Positions 48,654-60,509 of a stretch of 64,000 bases of DNA are shown here, one piece after another; within the stretch, counting starts at the first letter, position 1, and the number at the start of each line of letters is the position of its first letter. The notes beneath the pieces were generated by a model, which was not told where the DNA came from, did not search any database, and saw nothing but the letters and a program-made list of their open reading frames with translations. Source of the DNA: Prochlorococcus sp. AG-418-K17 (GTDB lineage Bacteria > Cyanobacteriota > Cyanobacteriia > PCC-6307 > Cyanobiaceae); contig QCMD01000005.1 of the NCBI GenBank assembly GCA_003214055.1, forward strand, positions 802 through 64,801, given 5' to 3'. A program made the translations under genes and the position numbers.

Positions 48654-49832
48654 ATGAGTCAAGTTAATTTATCTGATCGGGCACTTTCAATTGAGTCTTC
48701 TCTTACATTGCAGATAAGTGCTAAAGCAAATCAATTATCTGCAGAAGGAGTAGATATTTGCAATTTAAGTGCAGGAGAACCTGATTTTGATGCTCCAATA
48801 GAAGTTATAAAGGCTACAAGTAAAGCTATATTTGATGGATTTACAAAGTACGGGCCTGCAGCGGGCAATTTAGATCTCAGAAAAGCAATTGCAAATAAAC
48901 TTCAAATTCAAAACAATTTAAATTATGAATTTGAAAATGTTATGGTCACAAATGGTGCTAAGCAAGCAATATATAATCTTTTCCAAGTTTTGTTAAATAC
49001 TGGTGACGAAGTTATTATTCCCTCTCCATACTGGCTAAGTTATCCCCAGATGGTTAGGTTGGCGGGTGGAAAGCCAATCTTTACAAATTCTTCTGCAGAA
49101 GATGGATTTAAAATAAATATAAAAGATTTGAAGTCTAAAATCTCTTCAAAAACTAAATTTATAATTATCAATTCTCCTAATAACCCTACTGGAAGAGTTC
49201 TGTCAAAGGAAGAATTATTGCAAATTGCCGATTTAGTTAGAGAAAATCCCAATATCAATATTCTTTCTGATGAGATTTACGAACTAATCCTTAAAAAAGA
49301 ATTTAAACACTTCAGTTTATCTACACTAGCAAATGACTTAAAAGATAGGATTTTTATAATAAATGGGTTTGCGAAAGGATGGGCTATGACTGGTTGGAGG
49401 GTAGGTTATTTAGTAGGTCCCAAAGATGTAATCAAAGCATCCTCAGCATTACAAAGTCAAAGTACAAGTAATGTTTGTTCTTTTGTTCAAAAAGGTGCTT
49501 TAGAGGCTTTAAAAATTAATAATGAGTTTTTCTCAATGATAAATAGTAATTATGATCAAAGAAGAAGTCTTCTCTATGAGGGCCTTAAGAATATAAATGG
49601 GATTTATATTGAAGAACCTAATGGAGCATTTTATGCATTTCCAAAATTACCTAACTCCTCAATTACCTCTGTTGATTTCTGTAATAAAGCTCTTCAAGAT
49701 TACGGTTTAGTTGTCGTACCTGGAAAAGCTTTTGGGGCTGATCAATGCATCAGGATATCTTGTGCAGCTTCAGAAATTAAAATAAAAGATGGACTAGAAA
49801 GGCTTGAAAAAGCAATTTCTGAATATTATTGA
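48654..49832 (+). CDS. aspC: Class I PLP aminotransferase (aspartate aminotransferase)
   Basis: GEPDF, NSPNNPTG, SDEIY, KGWAMTGWRVG. Confidence 0.9.
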   Translation: MSQVNLSDRALSIESSLTLQISAKANQLSAEGVDICNLSAGEPDFDAPIEVIKATSKAIFDGFTKYGPAAGNLDLRKAIANKLQIQNNLNYEFENVMVTNGAKQAIYNLFQVLLNTGDEVIIPSPYWLSYPQMVRLAGGKPIFTNSSAEDGFKINIKDLKSKISSKTKFIIINSPNNPTGRVLSKEELLQIADLVRENPNINILSDEIYELILKKEFKHFSLSTLANDLKDRIFIINGFAKGWAMTGWRVGYLVGPKDVIKASSALQSQSTSNVCSFVQKGALEALKINNEFFSMINSNYDQRRSLLYEGLKNINGIYIEEPNGAFYAFPKLPNSSITSVDFCNKALQDYGLVVVPGKAFGADQCIRISCAASEIKIKDGLERLEKAISEYY

Positions 49833-49845
49833 TTTAAAGTAAATT

Positions 49846-50739
49846 ATGTTTAATTTAAAAAATTTACTACTAAGTTCATCTATATTATTTTCTATTTTTT
49901 CATCACCTGTATTTTCAAATCCCAAAGTTTTAAAAGTTGGAGCAATACCTGATCAAAACCAAGATGTTTTGGACAAAAGATTTAATTTATTTTCAAAAGA
50001 ATTATCCAAACAACTTGATGTAGAAGTTAAATACATTCCTGTTATTAGTTATGTTGCAGCAGTAACTGGATTTAGAACTAAAGATTTAGATTTAGTTTGG
50101 TTTGGCGGTTTATCGGGAGTTCAAGCAAGACTGCAAACTCCTAATTCAATTGTCATAGCTCAAAGAGATATCGATAAGGAATTTAAAAGTGTTTTTATAG
50201 TAAACAAAAATTTAGAACTTAACCCAATTTCAAACATTAAAGGACTTAAAAAACTAAAAAATTTAAGATTTACTTTTGGCTCTGAAAACTCTACTTCTGG
50301 AAGATTAATGCCAGAATATTTTTTAAATCAAGCAGAGGTAGAAATTAAACAGTTTAAAGGGGAAAAAGCAGGTTTTAGTGGGAGTCATGATGCCACTATA
50401 GCTTTAGTTAATAGTGGGGCATTTGATGCTGGAGCTTTAAATAAACAAGTTTGGGAAAACAATCTTAAAAATAATCCCAAAAGAACAAGTAATTTAGAAT
50501 TATTCTGGATTACACCAGAATATGTTGACTATCATTGGATTGCTCAAGGGGATCTTGAAAATAGATTCGGGGAAGGGTTTACGAACGAACTTAAATCAGT
50601 AATTCTAAATTTGGATATAAAGCAAAAATCACATAAACAGATATTAGATATGTTCAATGCAAAAAGATTTATAAATGCAGAAGCAAAACAATATAAAAAG
50701 ATTGAGGACATCGGGAGGAAATTAAAAAAAATTAGATGA
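49846..50739 (+). CDS. phnD: PhnD-like phosphite/phosphonate (also annotated selenate) ABC substrate-binding protein
   Basis: AIPDQ, WFGGL, STSGRLMP, GSHDAT. Confidence 0.85.
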   Translation: MFNLKNLLLSSSILFSIFSSPVFSNPKVLKVGAIPDQNQDVLDKRFNLFSKELSKQLDVEVKYIPVISYVAAVTGFRTKDLDLVWFGGLSGVQARLQTPNSIVIAQRDIDKEFKSVFIVNKNLELNPISNIKGLKKLKNLRFTFGSENSTSGRLMPEYFLNQAEVEIKQFKGEKAGFSGSHDATIALVNSGAFDAGALNKQVWENNLKNNPKRTSNLELFWITPEYVDYHWIAQGDLENRFGEGFTNELKSVILNLDIKQKSHKQILDMFNAKRFINAEAKQYKKIEDIGRKLKKIR

Positions 50740-51476
50740 ATAATACTCTCTTAGAATTAAAAAATATATCTTATAAAGACGAAAATAATCTGATTTTAAA
50801 TAAGATAAATTTAAAAATAAATTCTGGGGAAAAAATTGCACTTTTAGGTAAAAGCGGTTCAGGAAAAACTACACTTTTATCAGTACTTAATGGTACAATC
50901 AAGCCAACTCAAGGTGAGGTTAAATTATTAAATAAAAATTTCGAGGAATTAGATAGAAAGCAGAAAAGTAAGATAACAACTATTTGGCAAGATTTAAGAT
51001 TAATAGAAGATCTCTCTGCAGAACAAAATGTTAATTGTGGACTACTAGCGGAAAACAATTTTTATTTCGCTTTTAAAAATTTACTAAATTTAAGTTCTTT
51101 TAAGAAGGCGCATAAATTTATGCAACTATGTAGACTTCATAACTCTATTTACGACAAAAAAATCAGAAAACTATCTGGCGGGCAAAAACAAAGGGTGGCT
51201 ATAGCTAGATCATTAATTCAAGGATCAGATATATTACTTGCTGATGAGCCCTTTAATAATCTAGATCCCAAATTGATAACAATAATTAAAAACCTGCTGC
51301 TAGAAAATTTAGATAAAAATAATACAAAAAAATCCCCAAAGACTGTAATAGTTTCATTACATCGATTAGATTTGCTGAACGATTTCGATAAAGTTATTGG
51401 AATAAAGGATGGTAAAATTTTTTTCAATATCAAAAGAATTAACTTAAAGAAGCTTCATTTAGACAAAATATATTAA
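50736..51476 (+). CDS. phnC: PhnC-like ABC ATPase
   Basis: [21 protein letters not shown]; operon context. Confidence 0.85.
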   Translation: MNNTLLELKNISYKDENNLILNKINLKINSGEKIALLGKSGSGKTTLLSVLNGTIKPTQGEVKLLNKNFEELDRKQKSKITTIWQDLRLIEDLSAEQNVNCGLLAENNFYFAFKNLLNLSSFKKAHKFMQLCRLHNSIYDKKIRKLSGGQKQRVAIARSLIQGSDILLADEPFNNLDPKLITIIKNLLLENLDKNNTKKSPKTVIVSLHRLDLLNDFDKVIGIKDGKIFFNIKRINLKKLHLDKIY

Positions 51477-51480
51477 TTAG

Positions 51481-52983
51481 TTGAATAAATTAAAATTAAA
51501 CTATACCTCATTATCTTTTCTTCCAATTTTGGTTTGCATACCTCTAGGGTATCAATTATTAACCAATATTCATTTTGGAGGATTTATATTATTCCAAGAA
51601 TTCTTAATTTCTGCATTTAATCCCAAGATCGATAATGAAATTATTATTAACGTAATTAATCGGTTAAATGAAACTATCTTAATTGGTTTTTTTAGTTGGT
51701 TAGTAAGTATTATTTTTGGAGCAATTTTTGGAATATTATCCTCAAATATTTTTTATAAAATCTTTAATATTCCAAATCTTTTCTGCGGCATAATAAGGAT
51801 TTTTCTAACTATGGTTAGATCTATTCATGAAGTAGTTTGGGGAATACTATTAATGCAAATATATGGAATAAATTTTTCAGTAGGGATAATAGCTATATGT
51901 ATTCCTTATATTGCTGTAAATTCAAAAGTTTTTGCTGAACAATTAGAAACTATTGACTACAAAATTATTGAATCTATAAATCAAATAAATGCACCTAAAT
52001 TTTCTTCTCTATTAACTTTAATATGGAATCCAATAATAAATACATTTAAAAACTTTGGTTTATATCGATTAGAGTGTTCGATAAGAAGTACAGTGATTTT
52101 AGGACTTTTTGGGATTGGAGGAATAGGTACTAGTATTTTTTTATCTTTCCAAACTTTGAATTTTAGAGAGTTATGGACTTATTTATGGTCCTTAGCAATT
52201 TTGATAATTCTTTCTGGATTAATATTCAAAAAATTAAAATTTAAAACTACAAATAAGATTCTATCTATTTTTTTTATTGCAGTTTTTTTCATAACAATTT
52301 TATTATCTTTTTCATATTTTCTTAATTTTATTTTTAATAATAATTTTGAAAATTTTAATTCCGTTAGTTCTCTATTTAAATCAAGCTCAGATTTAGGATT
52401 ATTTGATTTTTTAAAACTTATATTAGAAACAATAATTTTAAGTCTTTTATCAACAGGAATCGCAATTAGTTTGCCTCCATTAGTAATAGGAATTTTTAAC
52501 AACAATACTTCTAAAACTTTTATAAAATTTTTTGCATTTTTATTACGTTTAATACCTACACCTATATTAATTCTAACTCTATTAACTTTTAATAATCCTT
52601 CTTTATCTCTAGCAGCTTTAACATTAGGTCTTCACAACGCTGGCATTACAAGCAAAATACTTTTTAAAAATCTAGATAGCCAAGACAAGAGAAATTATAT
52701 TGCAATGAAATCTCTAGGGATCTCAAAAAAGACTAGTTGGCTTTTAGGTTTATTTTCTCAACAAGCAAAAAGTTACTTAGCATATTGCGCTTATAGATCC
52801 GACATCATTATTAGAGAAACTGCAATTGTTGGGGTTATTGGAAGTGTTGGTCTAGGTTGGCAATTGCAAGAATCACTAAGTTCCTTCGCATGGCAAGAAG
52901 TTACCATGGTTTTGATAGCTTATAGCTCCATCGCAATATTTGGCGAATTAATAAATGGTAAAATCAAAAATAGTTTAACTTGA
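51481..52983 (+). CDS. phnE: PhnE-like ABC permease (two fused domains)
   Basis: RSIHEVVWG, YRLECSIRS, YRSDIIIRET. Confidence 0.85.
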   Translation: MNKLKLNYTSLSFLPILVCIPLGYQLLTNIHFGGFILFQEFLISAFNPKIDNEIIINVINRLNETILIGFFSWLVSIIFGAIFGILSSNIFYKIFNIPNLFCGIIRIFLTMVRSIHEVVWGILLMQIYGINFSVGIIAICIPYIAVNSKVFAEQLETIDYKIIESINQINAPKFSSLLTLIWNPIINTFKNFGLYRLECSIRSTVILGLFGIGGIGTSIFLSFQTLNFRELWTYLWSLAILIILSGLIFKKLKFKTTNKILSIFFIAVFFITILLSFSYFLNFIFNNNFENFNSVSSLFKSSSDLGLFDFLKLILETIILSLLSTGIAISLPPLVIGIFNNNTSKTFIKFFAFLLRLIPTPILILTLLTFNNPSLSLAALTLGLHNAGITSKILFKNLDSQDKRNYIAMKSLGISKKTSWLLGLFSQQAKSYLAYCAYRSDIIIRETAIVGVIGSVGLGWQLQESLSSFAWQEVTMVLIAYSSIAIFGELINGKIKNSLT

Positions 52984-53031
52984 TTTGTAAGAATAATTTG
53001 TTGAATCAAGTAATTATTTTTTCCGGTTATA

Positions 53032-53676
53032 GTGATTAGTTTACCAAAACAGCTAGTGGTAATTGGAGACAGCTCAGTTTATGGATGGGGAGATAATGAA
53101 GGTGGCGGATGGTGTGAGAGGCTTAGAAAAGACTGGTGCAATAACCAAAATGGGCCAGTAATTTATCAACTTGGCGTAAGGGGAGATGGGATAGAAAAAG
53201 TTTCATCTAGATGGGAAAAAGAATGGTCATCTAGAGGAGAAACGAGAAGAAATAAACCTAAAGCAATCTTGCTAAATGTAGGTCTTAACGACACTGCAGC
53301 AATTGGTCAGAAAAACGGAAGACATCAATTAGATATAGATGGATTTGAATATGGATTAGAGAGACTAATTAATGAAATGAAGTCACAAACAAATGTCTTT
53401 GTTATTGGCCTGACACCTGTTGACGAAACCAAAATGCCGTTCGCAGGATGTCTATGGTACTCAAATGATTTTTGTAATTCTTATGAAAGAAGAATGGAGG
53501 AAGTATGCCTCAATCAGAATGTCCCATTTCTTCCTACTTTTAGAGAAATCTACTCTGATAGAAGGAGTAACAATTGGATTACACATGATGGAATTCATCT
53601 AAATTCTGAAGGTCATTTCTGGCTCTACCAAAGACTTAAGAGCTGGGAGATTCTTACAAAATGGAAAGAATCCTAG
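53032..53676 (+). CDS. GDSL/SGNH hydrolase
   Basis: GDSS, LGVRGD, GLND, DGIH. Confidence 0.92.
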   Translation: MISLPKQLVVIGDSSVYGWGDNEGGGWCERLRKDWCNNQNGPVIYQLGVRGDGIEKVSSRWEKEWSSRGETRRNKPKAILLNVGLNDTAAIGQKNGRHQLDIDGFEYGLERLINEMKSQTNVFVIGLTPVDETKMPFAGCLWYSNDFCNSYERRMEEVCLNQNVPFLPTFREIYSDRRSNNWITHDGIHLNSEGHFWLYQRLKSWEILTKWKES

Positions 53677-53692
53677 ATCTCTCAAAATATTT

Positions 53693-54436
53693 TTAGTTTA
53701 AAAAAAATGAGTGTAAATTAAGAGCAAAGATAGCAAAAACAGAAGCAATACTTGTCTGAATAGCATTTACCAATTCATTACTTAATTTATATTTATTTTG
53801 AAATTTAGCACCAATAATACTTTCAGAAAGTGTTGCCAAGAATCCAGAAACTATAACAACTATAAAATGATATTTTGTAGAAATAATTGATAGACAAAGC
53901 ATTATAAAAGCCATAAATATTGATCCCAAAACACTCGCTAATGTTCCTTCTATACTTATTCCTCCTTCAGTTCCTCTCTCAACCTTTTTAAGTGAAGTAA
54001 TTAAATAAGTGTCTTTACCAAATCTTTTTCCAATTTCGCTACCAAAAGTATCCGCCAACTTTGCAGCAAAACTTGCAGCAAAACCTACTTTAAACATCAC
54101 TACATTGGCATCATTAAATTTGGTCATCATGGCAAGAAATAATCCTGTAGCTGCAGAGCCCCATACATTCTCAGGACCTCTTCTACCACCTCTTTTTTCA
54201 GCTATTCCTTTTTCTTTTTTAAATTTAAAACCTATTTTAGTAACGAGAGATCCAAATAGTAAATAAATCACAACTGACATCCATCCCTGCCAAGCCAAAC
54301 ATCCCCACAAAATTGTTCCTAAAATACCTGCACTTATCCAACCACTTTTTGTCATCAAAGGAATCTTGCAAAATATATAAATCAAAATAAAGTTAATACA
54401 AAAACCTATAAAAAATTGATTTCTAATTAAATCCAT
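53693..54436 (-). CDS. DUF92 (TIGR00297) membrane protein
   Basis: RGPENVWGS, ADTFGSEIGK, GTEGGIS.EG. Confidence 0.92.
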   Translation of the reverse strand: MDLIRNQFFIGFCINFILIYIFCKIPLMTKSGWISAGILGTILWGCLAWQGWMSVVIYLLFGSLVTKIGFKFKKEKGIAEKRGGRRGPENVWGSAATGLFLAMMTKFNDANVVMFKVGFAASFAAKLADTFGSEIGKRFGKDTYLITSLKKVERGTEGGISIEGTLASVLGSIFMAFIMLCLSIISTKYHFIVVIVSGFLATLSESIIGAKFQNKYKLSNELVNAIQTSIASVFAIFALNLHSFFLN

Positions 54437-54442
54437 ATAAAT

Positions 54443-55216
54443 CTAATTCCTTAATTTCAAATCAATTCTCCATTGATTTAGAATTGATGATGCATTAATA
54501 CTAGCGGTTGAAGTTCTTAAAATAGTTTCAGAAAGTTTAACAAAGGAAATATTATTTTTATTGAAAAAATCAATTTCTTTAGAGGACCAACCTCCTTCAG
54601 GGCCAATTACATTCCAAAAAATACCTCCTTTTTTATTTATAAATTCTTGCTCTTTTCTTAACCATTGATTTAAATCATATAGTGTTTCTTCTCTAGTTAT
54701 AGAAATTGAAACTCTTTCTTGATTATTTCTACTTTTTAGCCATTCAGTAATATCCATACCATTTAAAATAGATGGTTTCCATAACCTCTCACTTTGCTCA
54801 ACTGCTTCTTTGATAATTGAATTCCATCTCAAAAGTTTTCTCGAGAAATTTAAATTTTTGTTTACCTGTCTTTCTGAAAATAATGGCTGTATAAAATCAA
54901 TTCCTATTTCAGTACACATTTTTAAAATATCCTCAAAACCACTTTTAGGAATAACAACAGCTATTCCTAATAAGAAAATTTCTTGTTTCTGAAATAAGTA
55001 AGGTTTTTTTGATTGAATTATTTCTAAACAATCATTTTTAACTTTTATAGCTTTCCATAATGAACCCATTCCATTAACTATAAATATTTCCTTACCATTT
55101 TTTATCCTCATTACTTTATTTATATAATGAGCCTCTTCTTTAGAGAGTTCTAAATTATTGTTCTTACTGTTTTCAATTCTTTCATGCGAAATAATTAATC
55201 TTGTTAAGTTTTCCAT
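54443..55216 (-). CDS. rsmE: 16S rRNA m3U1498 methyltransferase
   Basis: EAVEQSER, IGPEGG, ILRTSTA. Confidence 0.93.
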   Translation of the reverse strand: MENLTRLIISHERIENSKNNNLELSKEEAHYINKVMRIKNGKEIFIVNGMGSLWKAIKVKNDCLEIIQSKKPYLFQKQEIFLLGIAVVIPKSGFEDILKMCTEIGIDFIQPLFSERQVNKNLNFSRKLLRWNSIIKEAVEQSERLWKPSILNGMDITEWLKSRNNQERVSISITREETLYDLNQWLRKEQEFINKKGGIFWNVIGPEGGWSSKEIDFFNKNNISFVKLSETILRTSTASINASSILNQWRIDLKLRN

Positions 55217-55225
55217 CTAAAAAAC

Positions 55226-55669
55226 TCAATCTTTGAAAACTAAATCTTCATGTTCTTCAATTGCCCAATCATTATTTTCACCACCAATAATTAACTCTTC
55301 AATTTTTACGTAATTATTGGATATCTCATTCAAAGAATTAATTAATATATCTATTGAAAGCGAATCCGAAGTTCCAAAATCAACCCAACATCTGGCCCAA
55401 AGGTTTTGATATTCCATAATTCCTAAATTATGCATTAAGGCCGGAAGAGATGAGTTTTTTTGATCATTATCGTAGGACATCCAACTCAGATCAGAACCCT
55501 CTTCATGAGTTTGCAAATTTTCAGAGTTAAAGCCCCCTAACCTTCCTAAAACATACCAACTATCAAAAACACCATCTAAATAATTTTTTTCATCTTGAGT
55601 TGGTGATTCTGAAAACCTTATCCATATCCAACAGTTAAAAGGATCAACTTCTCTAAAAACAATATTCAT
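55226..55669 (-). CDS. DUF3531-family protein
   Basis: FREVDPF, SWYVLGRLGGFN, WVDFGTSD. Confidence 0.85.
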   Translation of the reverse strand: MNIVFREVDPFNCWIWIRFSESPTQDEKNYLDGVFDSWYVLGRLGGFNSENLQTHEEGSDLSWMSYDNDQKNSSLPALMHNLGIMEYQNLWARCWVDFGTSDSLSIDILINSLNEISNNYVKIEELIIGGENNDWAIEEHEDLVFKD

Positions 55670-55752
55670 ATTTACTAATAGATTTTTAGATCTATAGTTA
55701 TTATAAGTAAGTTACTACTAGATTAAAATTCATACTTATAACTTAATTAATA

Positions 55753-56379
55753 ATGCTTGACTTAAAAGAAATATCTTATCAACCGCAGACTGGTGAAAGA
55801 AAAATAATTGATAATCTTAATTTAAAAGTACATGAAAATGAAATCATTTTAATTTGTGGCAAAAGTGGTTCTGGGAAAACAACTCTGCTCGAAATAATAA
55901 GCGGGTTAACAAATCCCCAAAAAGGGGAAATTACTTGGAAGAATAAAATTTTATCTTCTAGAAAAAGAAGATGGTTTTGTGGAGTAGTATTCCAATTTCC
56001 CGAAAGATACTTTTTAGGTACAACTATTGGGAAGGAATTAAAAATAGGTCATAAATCTTTAAGAGAAAAAAATATAGAAATAGTTTTAAATAAGGTTGGT
56101 CTGAAAAAATTAAATCTGACCCAACCACCAGAACAACTTAGTGGCGGACAACAGAGGAGATTAGCTGTAGCAGTTCAGCTACTTAGAAACCCTTCAGTTC
56201 TTTTACTTGATGAACCAACTGCTGGATTAGACTGGTCAATGCGAAATGATGTGAAGAATTTAATTCTTGATCTAAAAAATAAAAATACAATTATTATTGT
56301 CACTCATGAACCCGCCTTATTTGATGGCATTACATCCAGGATGTTAATTCTGGAAAAGGGAAAAATCAAAACTCTATAA
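55753..56379 (+). CDS. ABC transporter ATP-binding protein (ECF/CbiO-like)
   Basis: [31 protein letters not shown]. Confidence 0.92.
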   Translation: MLDLKEISYQPQTGERKIIDNLNLKVHENEIILICGKSGSGKTTLLEIISGLTNPQKGEITWKNKILSSRKRRWFCGVVFQFPERYFLGTTIGKELKIGHKSLREKNIEIVLNKVGLKKLNLTQPPEQLSGGQQRRLAVAVQLLRNPSVLLLDEPTAGLDWSMRNDVKNLILDLKNKNTIIIVTHEPALFDGITSRMLILEKGKIKTL

Positions 56380-56386
56380 AAAAATT

Positions 56387-57289
56387 ATGAAGGATAAGAT
56401 AGTGCGTGCCACTGCTGCAAATGGAGGAATAAGATTAGTTGCAGTCTTAACAACAGAATCTTCTTTAGAAGCTAAAAAAAGACACGGTCTTTCTTATTTA
56501 ACAACCTGTATCTTAGGAAGAGCTTTTAGTGCCTCACTTCTTTTAGCAAGTTCAATGAAGATAATGCATGGCAGAGTTACTTTAAGAGTTAGATCTGACG
56601 GACCTTTAAAGGGATTACTAGTTGATGCAGGTAGAGACGGAAAAGTTAGGGGTTATGTAGGGAACCCTAATTTAGAATTGGATCTAGTCAAATCAGATAA
56701 TAATAAATATTCTTTTGATTTCACAAAAGCATTAGGTACAGGATATTTGAATGTTATAAGAGATAGTGGAATTGGAGAGCCCTTTACAAGTACTGTTGAA
56801 TTAGTGAACGGCAATATTGCTGAAGACTTAGCTTCATATTTATATCATTCAGAACAAACTCCTTCTGCTGTTTTCATTGGAGAAAAAATTCAAAATAATA
56901 GTGTTATTTGTAGTGGTGGTTTATTAGCTCAAGTTTTACCTAAGAAGGACACAGACCCTTTACTAGTTTCATTACTTGAAGAAAGATGTAAAGAAATTAA
57001 TTCTTTCAGCGAAGACCTATTTAAGTCAAAAGATAATCTTCTTTCTTTGATAAAAAAAATATTCCCTGATATTGACGATAAATCAATATCTGAAAAAGCT
57101 CGTTCCCAGGAAGTTTACTTCAAATGCAAGTGTTCCAAACAAAGAAGTTTGAATGCAATGAAAATGCTTGATAAGAGTGAATTGGAGGATATTCTCAAAA
57201 AAGAAGGTAAAGCTGAATTGGTTTGTGAATTTTGTAAGAATAAATACTTGATAGATTATGAAGAAATAAGATCGATGATAGAGAATTGA
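56387..57289 (+). CDS. hslO: Redox-regulated chaperone Hsp33
   Basis: GNIAED...SEQTPS, CKC...CEFC. Confidence 0.96.
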   Translation: MKDKIVRATAANGGIRLVAVLTTESSLEAKKRHGLSYLTTCILGRAFSASLLLASSMKIMHGRVTLRVRSDGPLKGLLVDAGRDGKVRGYVGNPNLELDLVKSDNNKYSFDFTKALGTGYLNVIRDSGIGEPFTSTVELVNGNIAEDLASYLYHSEQTPSAVFIGEKIQNNSVICSGGLLAQVLPKKDTDPLLVSLLEERCKEINSFSEDLFKSKDNLLSLIKKIFPDIDDKSISEKARSQEVYFKCKCSKQRSLNAMKMLDKSELEDILKKEGKAELVCEFCKNKYLIDYEEIRSMIEN

Positions 57290-57961
57290 TCATAGGAAAA
57301 TTACTCCCAGCCATAAAATGATCATGGCAGGAATACTTTGAATTTTTTGTATTGATAAAGAATTATTTGATATTTCTTGAATAAAAGTATTATTTTCAAG
57401 CAATCCTCCAAAGATCAATCCTATTGAAAGAAAGGTAACACTCCATCCTAAGGCGCCTATAAATCTTTTACCCGATTTAATTTGAGTATAGGTAAGAATT
57501 AATGTTGAGATGGAAAGTAAAAGTCTATTATTTGAATCGGGACTAATAAAAAGCAAGATTAAAAATAATAGTCCAACAGATAATTTTATTGTGAGATTAT
57601 CAAATGACGGTGGAGTGATTTTGGGAAGGCTGTACTGACTTGAGTTCTTAGAGCTATTATTTAAATTTTTTATCTTAGAAAGCAATGGGATATTATTGGT
57701 AAATTGATTAATTTGTTTTTCTTTCTTTGAAGCACTCACTGCTTCATAACTCACATTTCCAGATTGTCTCGCTTTCAAACTCCCCATAAGTAATTGATCA
57801 AAGGAAGATTCTATTTTTGCTTTTAAAATTAAATCTTCTCCAGCTTCTTTAACTTTATTATCTCTAGCCTTTTGAATATCCTCAAAAGCAGCATCTTCTT
57901 TTACACCTAAAATTTCATAAGGTGATTTTTCACTATTGTTTTTACTATTTTTGGAATCCAA
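57290..57961 (-). CDS. CPP1-like (DUF3353) J-like membrane protein
   Basis: PYEILGV..DA.FEDIQ.AR, IESSFD.LLM..L..RQ.G. Confidence 0.88.
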   Translation of the reverse strand: MDSKNSKNNSEKSPYEILGVKEDAAFEDIQKARDNKVKEAGEDLILKAKIESSFDQLLMGSLKARQSGNVSYEAVSASKKEKQINQFTNNIPLLSKIKNLNNSSKNSSQYSLPKITPPSFDNLTIKLSVGLLFLILLFISPDSNNRLLLSISTLILTYTQIKSGKRFIGALGWSVTFLSIGLIFGGLLENNTFIQEISNNSLSIQKIQSIPAMIILWLGVIFL

Positions 57962-58012
57962 AATTTTTTACCAATACTAACAGATTAACCAATTTTATAA
58001 TCCATTAAGGCT

Positions 58013-59650
58013 TTATAAAACAATTGGTTCGACTCCACTAACAACAGGAGCAACTTTGTTTAAATTTAATTGATTATTATCTTCAACAAATTGATTTAAA
58101 TTCCACTCGTTTTTAAAAAGAATAACTGGTCTATTCCAACAATCTTTAACTATTTTACAATTAAAAACTCTACCGAGTTTTTCAATAGCTGGCCATCCAT
58201 CAGAAACCCATCTAGCTAACTGATATGGTAACGATTCAAGATTTGCATCTACACCATATTCACTTTTTAACCGATGAGTTACTACTTCCAACTGTAATTG
58301 ACCAACAGCTGCGAGTATAGGATCTCTTTTGCTCTCATCAAAGTCATAAAGTATTTGAACAGCACCTTCTTCACGAAGTTCATTTACTCCCTTTCTAAAA
58401 TTTTTAAATGCTGAAGGATTCGGATTTCTTAGCCAACTAAATATTTCAGGACTAAAAGAAGGTATGCCCTCGTACTCCAAATGAGTACCTGTGTAAAGAG
58501 TATCTCCAATTGAAAACATTCCTGGATTATTTAAACCAATAACATCACCAGGATATGCATTATCAACTACTTCTCTGTCTTGCCCAAATATTTTTTGTGG
58601 TCTTGATAATCTGATTGTTTTCCCAGTTCTAGAATGTTTAACTGACATATCCTTTTCAAATTTTCCACTACAAACTCTTATAAAAGCAACCCTATCTCTG
58701 TGTTTTGGATCCATATTTGCTTGAAGCTTAAATACAAATCCACTAAATTCATCGCTTGCAGGTTCAATATCCCCTTTATTACTATTTCTTGAAGTTGGTT
58801 TTTGAGCCATTTTTAGAAAACTATCTAAAAATGGTCTAACCCCAAAATTAGTCATAGCAGATCCAAAGAAAACTGGAGTTAAAGAACCATTAAAAACATT
58901 TTCTTTTTCAAATTTCGACCCCACCTCATCAAGAACCTCCAATTCTTCAAGTGAGATCTCAAGTAACTCTCTCTCTACATATTTTGAAAGTTCTTTATCT
59001 TCAAGACTCAATCTCTTCTCATTCGATTGTTTCCCTCTTGAGGCTTTATCAAATAAAATTACCTCCCTTGAGAATCTATCAATAACTCCCCTGAATTCCT
59101 CCCCACTCCCAATCGGCCAGTTAATAGGTAAAGTATTTAATCCAAGTTCTGATTCAATTTCATCAAGTAAAGAAAATGGCTCTCTTCCAGGTCTATCCAT
59201 TTTATTTATGAAAGTAAATATTGGTATTTTTCGCATCTTGCAAACTTCAAACAATTTTCTAGTTTGGGGTTCTAGTCCTTTAGCAGCATCTTCCAACATA
59301 ACTGCATTATCAGCAGCTGCTAATGTTCTATAAGTATCTTCAGAGAAATCTTGGTGTCCTGGTGTATCTAATAGATTGATTACTGATCTTTCATATTCAA
59401 ATTGCAATACAGTTGATGTAATTGAAATACCTCTTTGTTTCTCAAGTTCCATCCAGTCCGAAGTAGCTTTTCTCTGATTACCCCTAGCCTTTACAGCTCC
59501 TGCCTGTTGAATGGCTCCTCCATACAAGAGAAGCTTCTCAGTAAGAGTCGTTTTCCCAGCATCTGGATGTGAAATAATTGCAAAATTTCTTCTTTTATTT
59601 ACCGCATCCAGAATATCTTTATTATTTAAGATTTTAGTACTTAAGCTCAT
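58013..59650 (-). CDS. prfC: Peptide chain release factor 3
   Basis: [28 protein letters not shown]. Confidence 0.98.
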   Translation of the reverse strand: MSLSTKILNNKDILDAVNKRRNFAIISHPDAGKTTLTEKLLLYGGAIQQAGAVKARGNQRKATSDWMELEKQRGISITSTVLQFEYERSVINLLDTPGHQDFSEDTYRTLAAADNAVMLEDAAKGLEPQTRKLFEVCKMRKIPIFTFINKMDRPGREPFSLLDEIESELGLNTLPINWPIGSGEEFRGVIDRFSREVILFDKASRGKQSNEKRLSLEDKELSKYVERELLEISLEELEVLDEVGSKFEKENVFNGSLTPVFFGSAMTNFGVRPFLDSFLKMAQKPTSRNSNKGDIEPASDEFSGFVFKLQANMDPKHRDRVAFIRVCSGKFEKDMSVKHSRTGKTIRLSRPQKIFGQDREVVDNAYPGDVIGLNNPGMFSIGDTLYTGTHLEYEGIPSFSPEIFSWLRNPNPSAFKNFRKGVNELREEGAVQILYDFDESKRDPILAAVGQLQLEVVTHRLKSEYGVDANLESLPYQLARWVSDGWPAIEKLGRVFNCKIVKDCWNRPVILFKNEWNLNQFVEDNNQLNLNKVAPVVSGVEPIVL

Positions 59651-59681
59651 TTATCTAATATAAGAATCTTTCATTTAGTTT

Positions 59682-60377
59682 TTAAACATTACCATAGAGT
59701 ATTAAATATGTATCGCCATCTTCAAAAACTTCTAAAGAAGATAGATCATTCTCTAAAGTAAAGTTTTTTAACTCCTTAAAAGTATAAGAAGCTTTTAAAG
59801 ATGCGTAATAATCATTAGTCAATATCTCATTATATTTAGTTGAACATTTTGCTTTAAGTTCTAGAGCAAATTTTTCATCTAATGGTCTTTTTAAGTCCTT
59901 GTGAAAATTTACTGTGGTATTACTTGACAATTTTCTTATGGTGTTAAAGAAATCTTCAAGATGAGTAATGTGATGGATCAAACTGTTACTTACAAGTAAA
60001 CTTATTTCTTTATTAGGTAAAAAATTAGTTAACTTAATGTCTTTGATATCACAACAAATGTAGCTTAAATTTTTTAACTTTTTTGAATTAGTAGAATACT
60101 CTTTATTATGTTCTGCTCTCAAAATCATCTCTTTAGAACCATCAATACCAACTACTTCAGTATTTGGCCATATTATGGCTAACTTCTCAGCAATATTTCC
60201 TGGACCACAGCCTAAATCAACAATTAAGTCTAATTCATTTAAAGAGATATTTTTTTTAAAAAGATAATGATTGATTTGATTAACAAAATTAAATTCCCCC
60301 TCGGAAAAATCAGCATCGTCGTAAGAAATGACCTGCTCTTTTTTTTTCATTAATTCAGGTTCAGGGATTCTTTCCAT
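59682..60377 (-). CDS. Class I SAM-dependent methyltransferase
   Basis: RIPEPELM, DLGCGPG, SNSLIHH. Confidence 0.92.
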   Translation of the reverse strand: MERIPEPELMKKKEQVISYDDADFSEGEFNFVNQINHYLFKKNISLNELDLIVDLGCGPGNIAEKLAIIWPNTEVVGIDGSKEMILRAEHNKEYSTNSKKLKNLSYICCDIKDIKLTNFLPNKEISLLVSNSLIHHITHLEDFFNTIRKLSSNTTVNFHKDLKRPLDEKFALELKAKCSTKYNEILTNDYYASLKASYTFKELKNFTLENDLSSLEVFEDGDTYLILYGNV

Positions 60378-60422
60378 AAGCTTTCTTAGAAAAAAATTTC
60401 ATATTAAACATAATTCTACACA

Positions 60423-60469
60423 AACCGTTAAATAGTGGTAAGAATGGTTGCAGACGCCACAGGTAGAGT
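60423..60469 (+). promoter_or_regulatory. Tandem NrdR-box-like sites
   Basis: AACCGTTAAATAGTGG (60423) and ACGCCACAGGTAGAGT (60454), 31 bp apart, partial matches to acaCwAtATaTwGtgt. Confidence 0.5.
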
Positions 60470-60509
60470 TTATTCTTCCATTACGGGTTACTTACATACT
60501 TTTTTTATC

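Noticed and set aside
49846-52983. phnDCE as evidence of phosphonate catabolism
   Set aside because: Core transporter only; no C-P lyase, phnYZ or ptxD in the window
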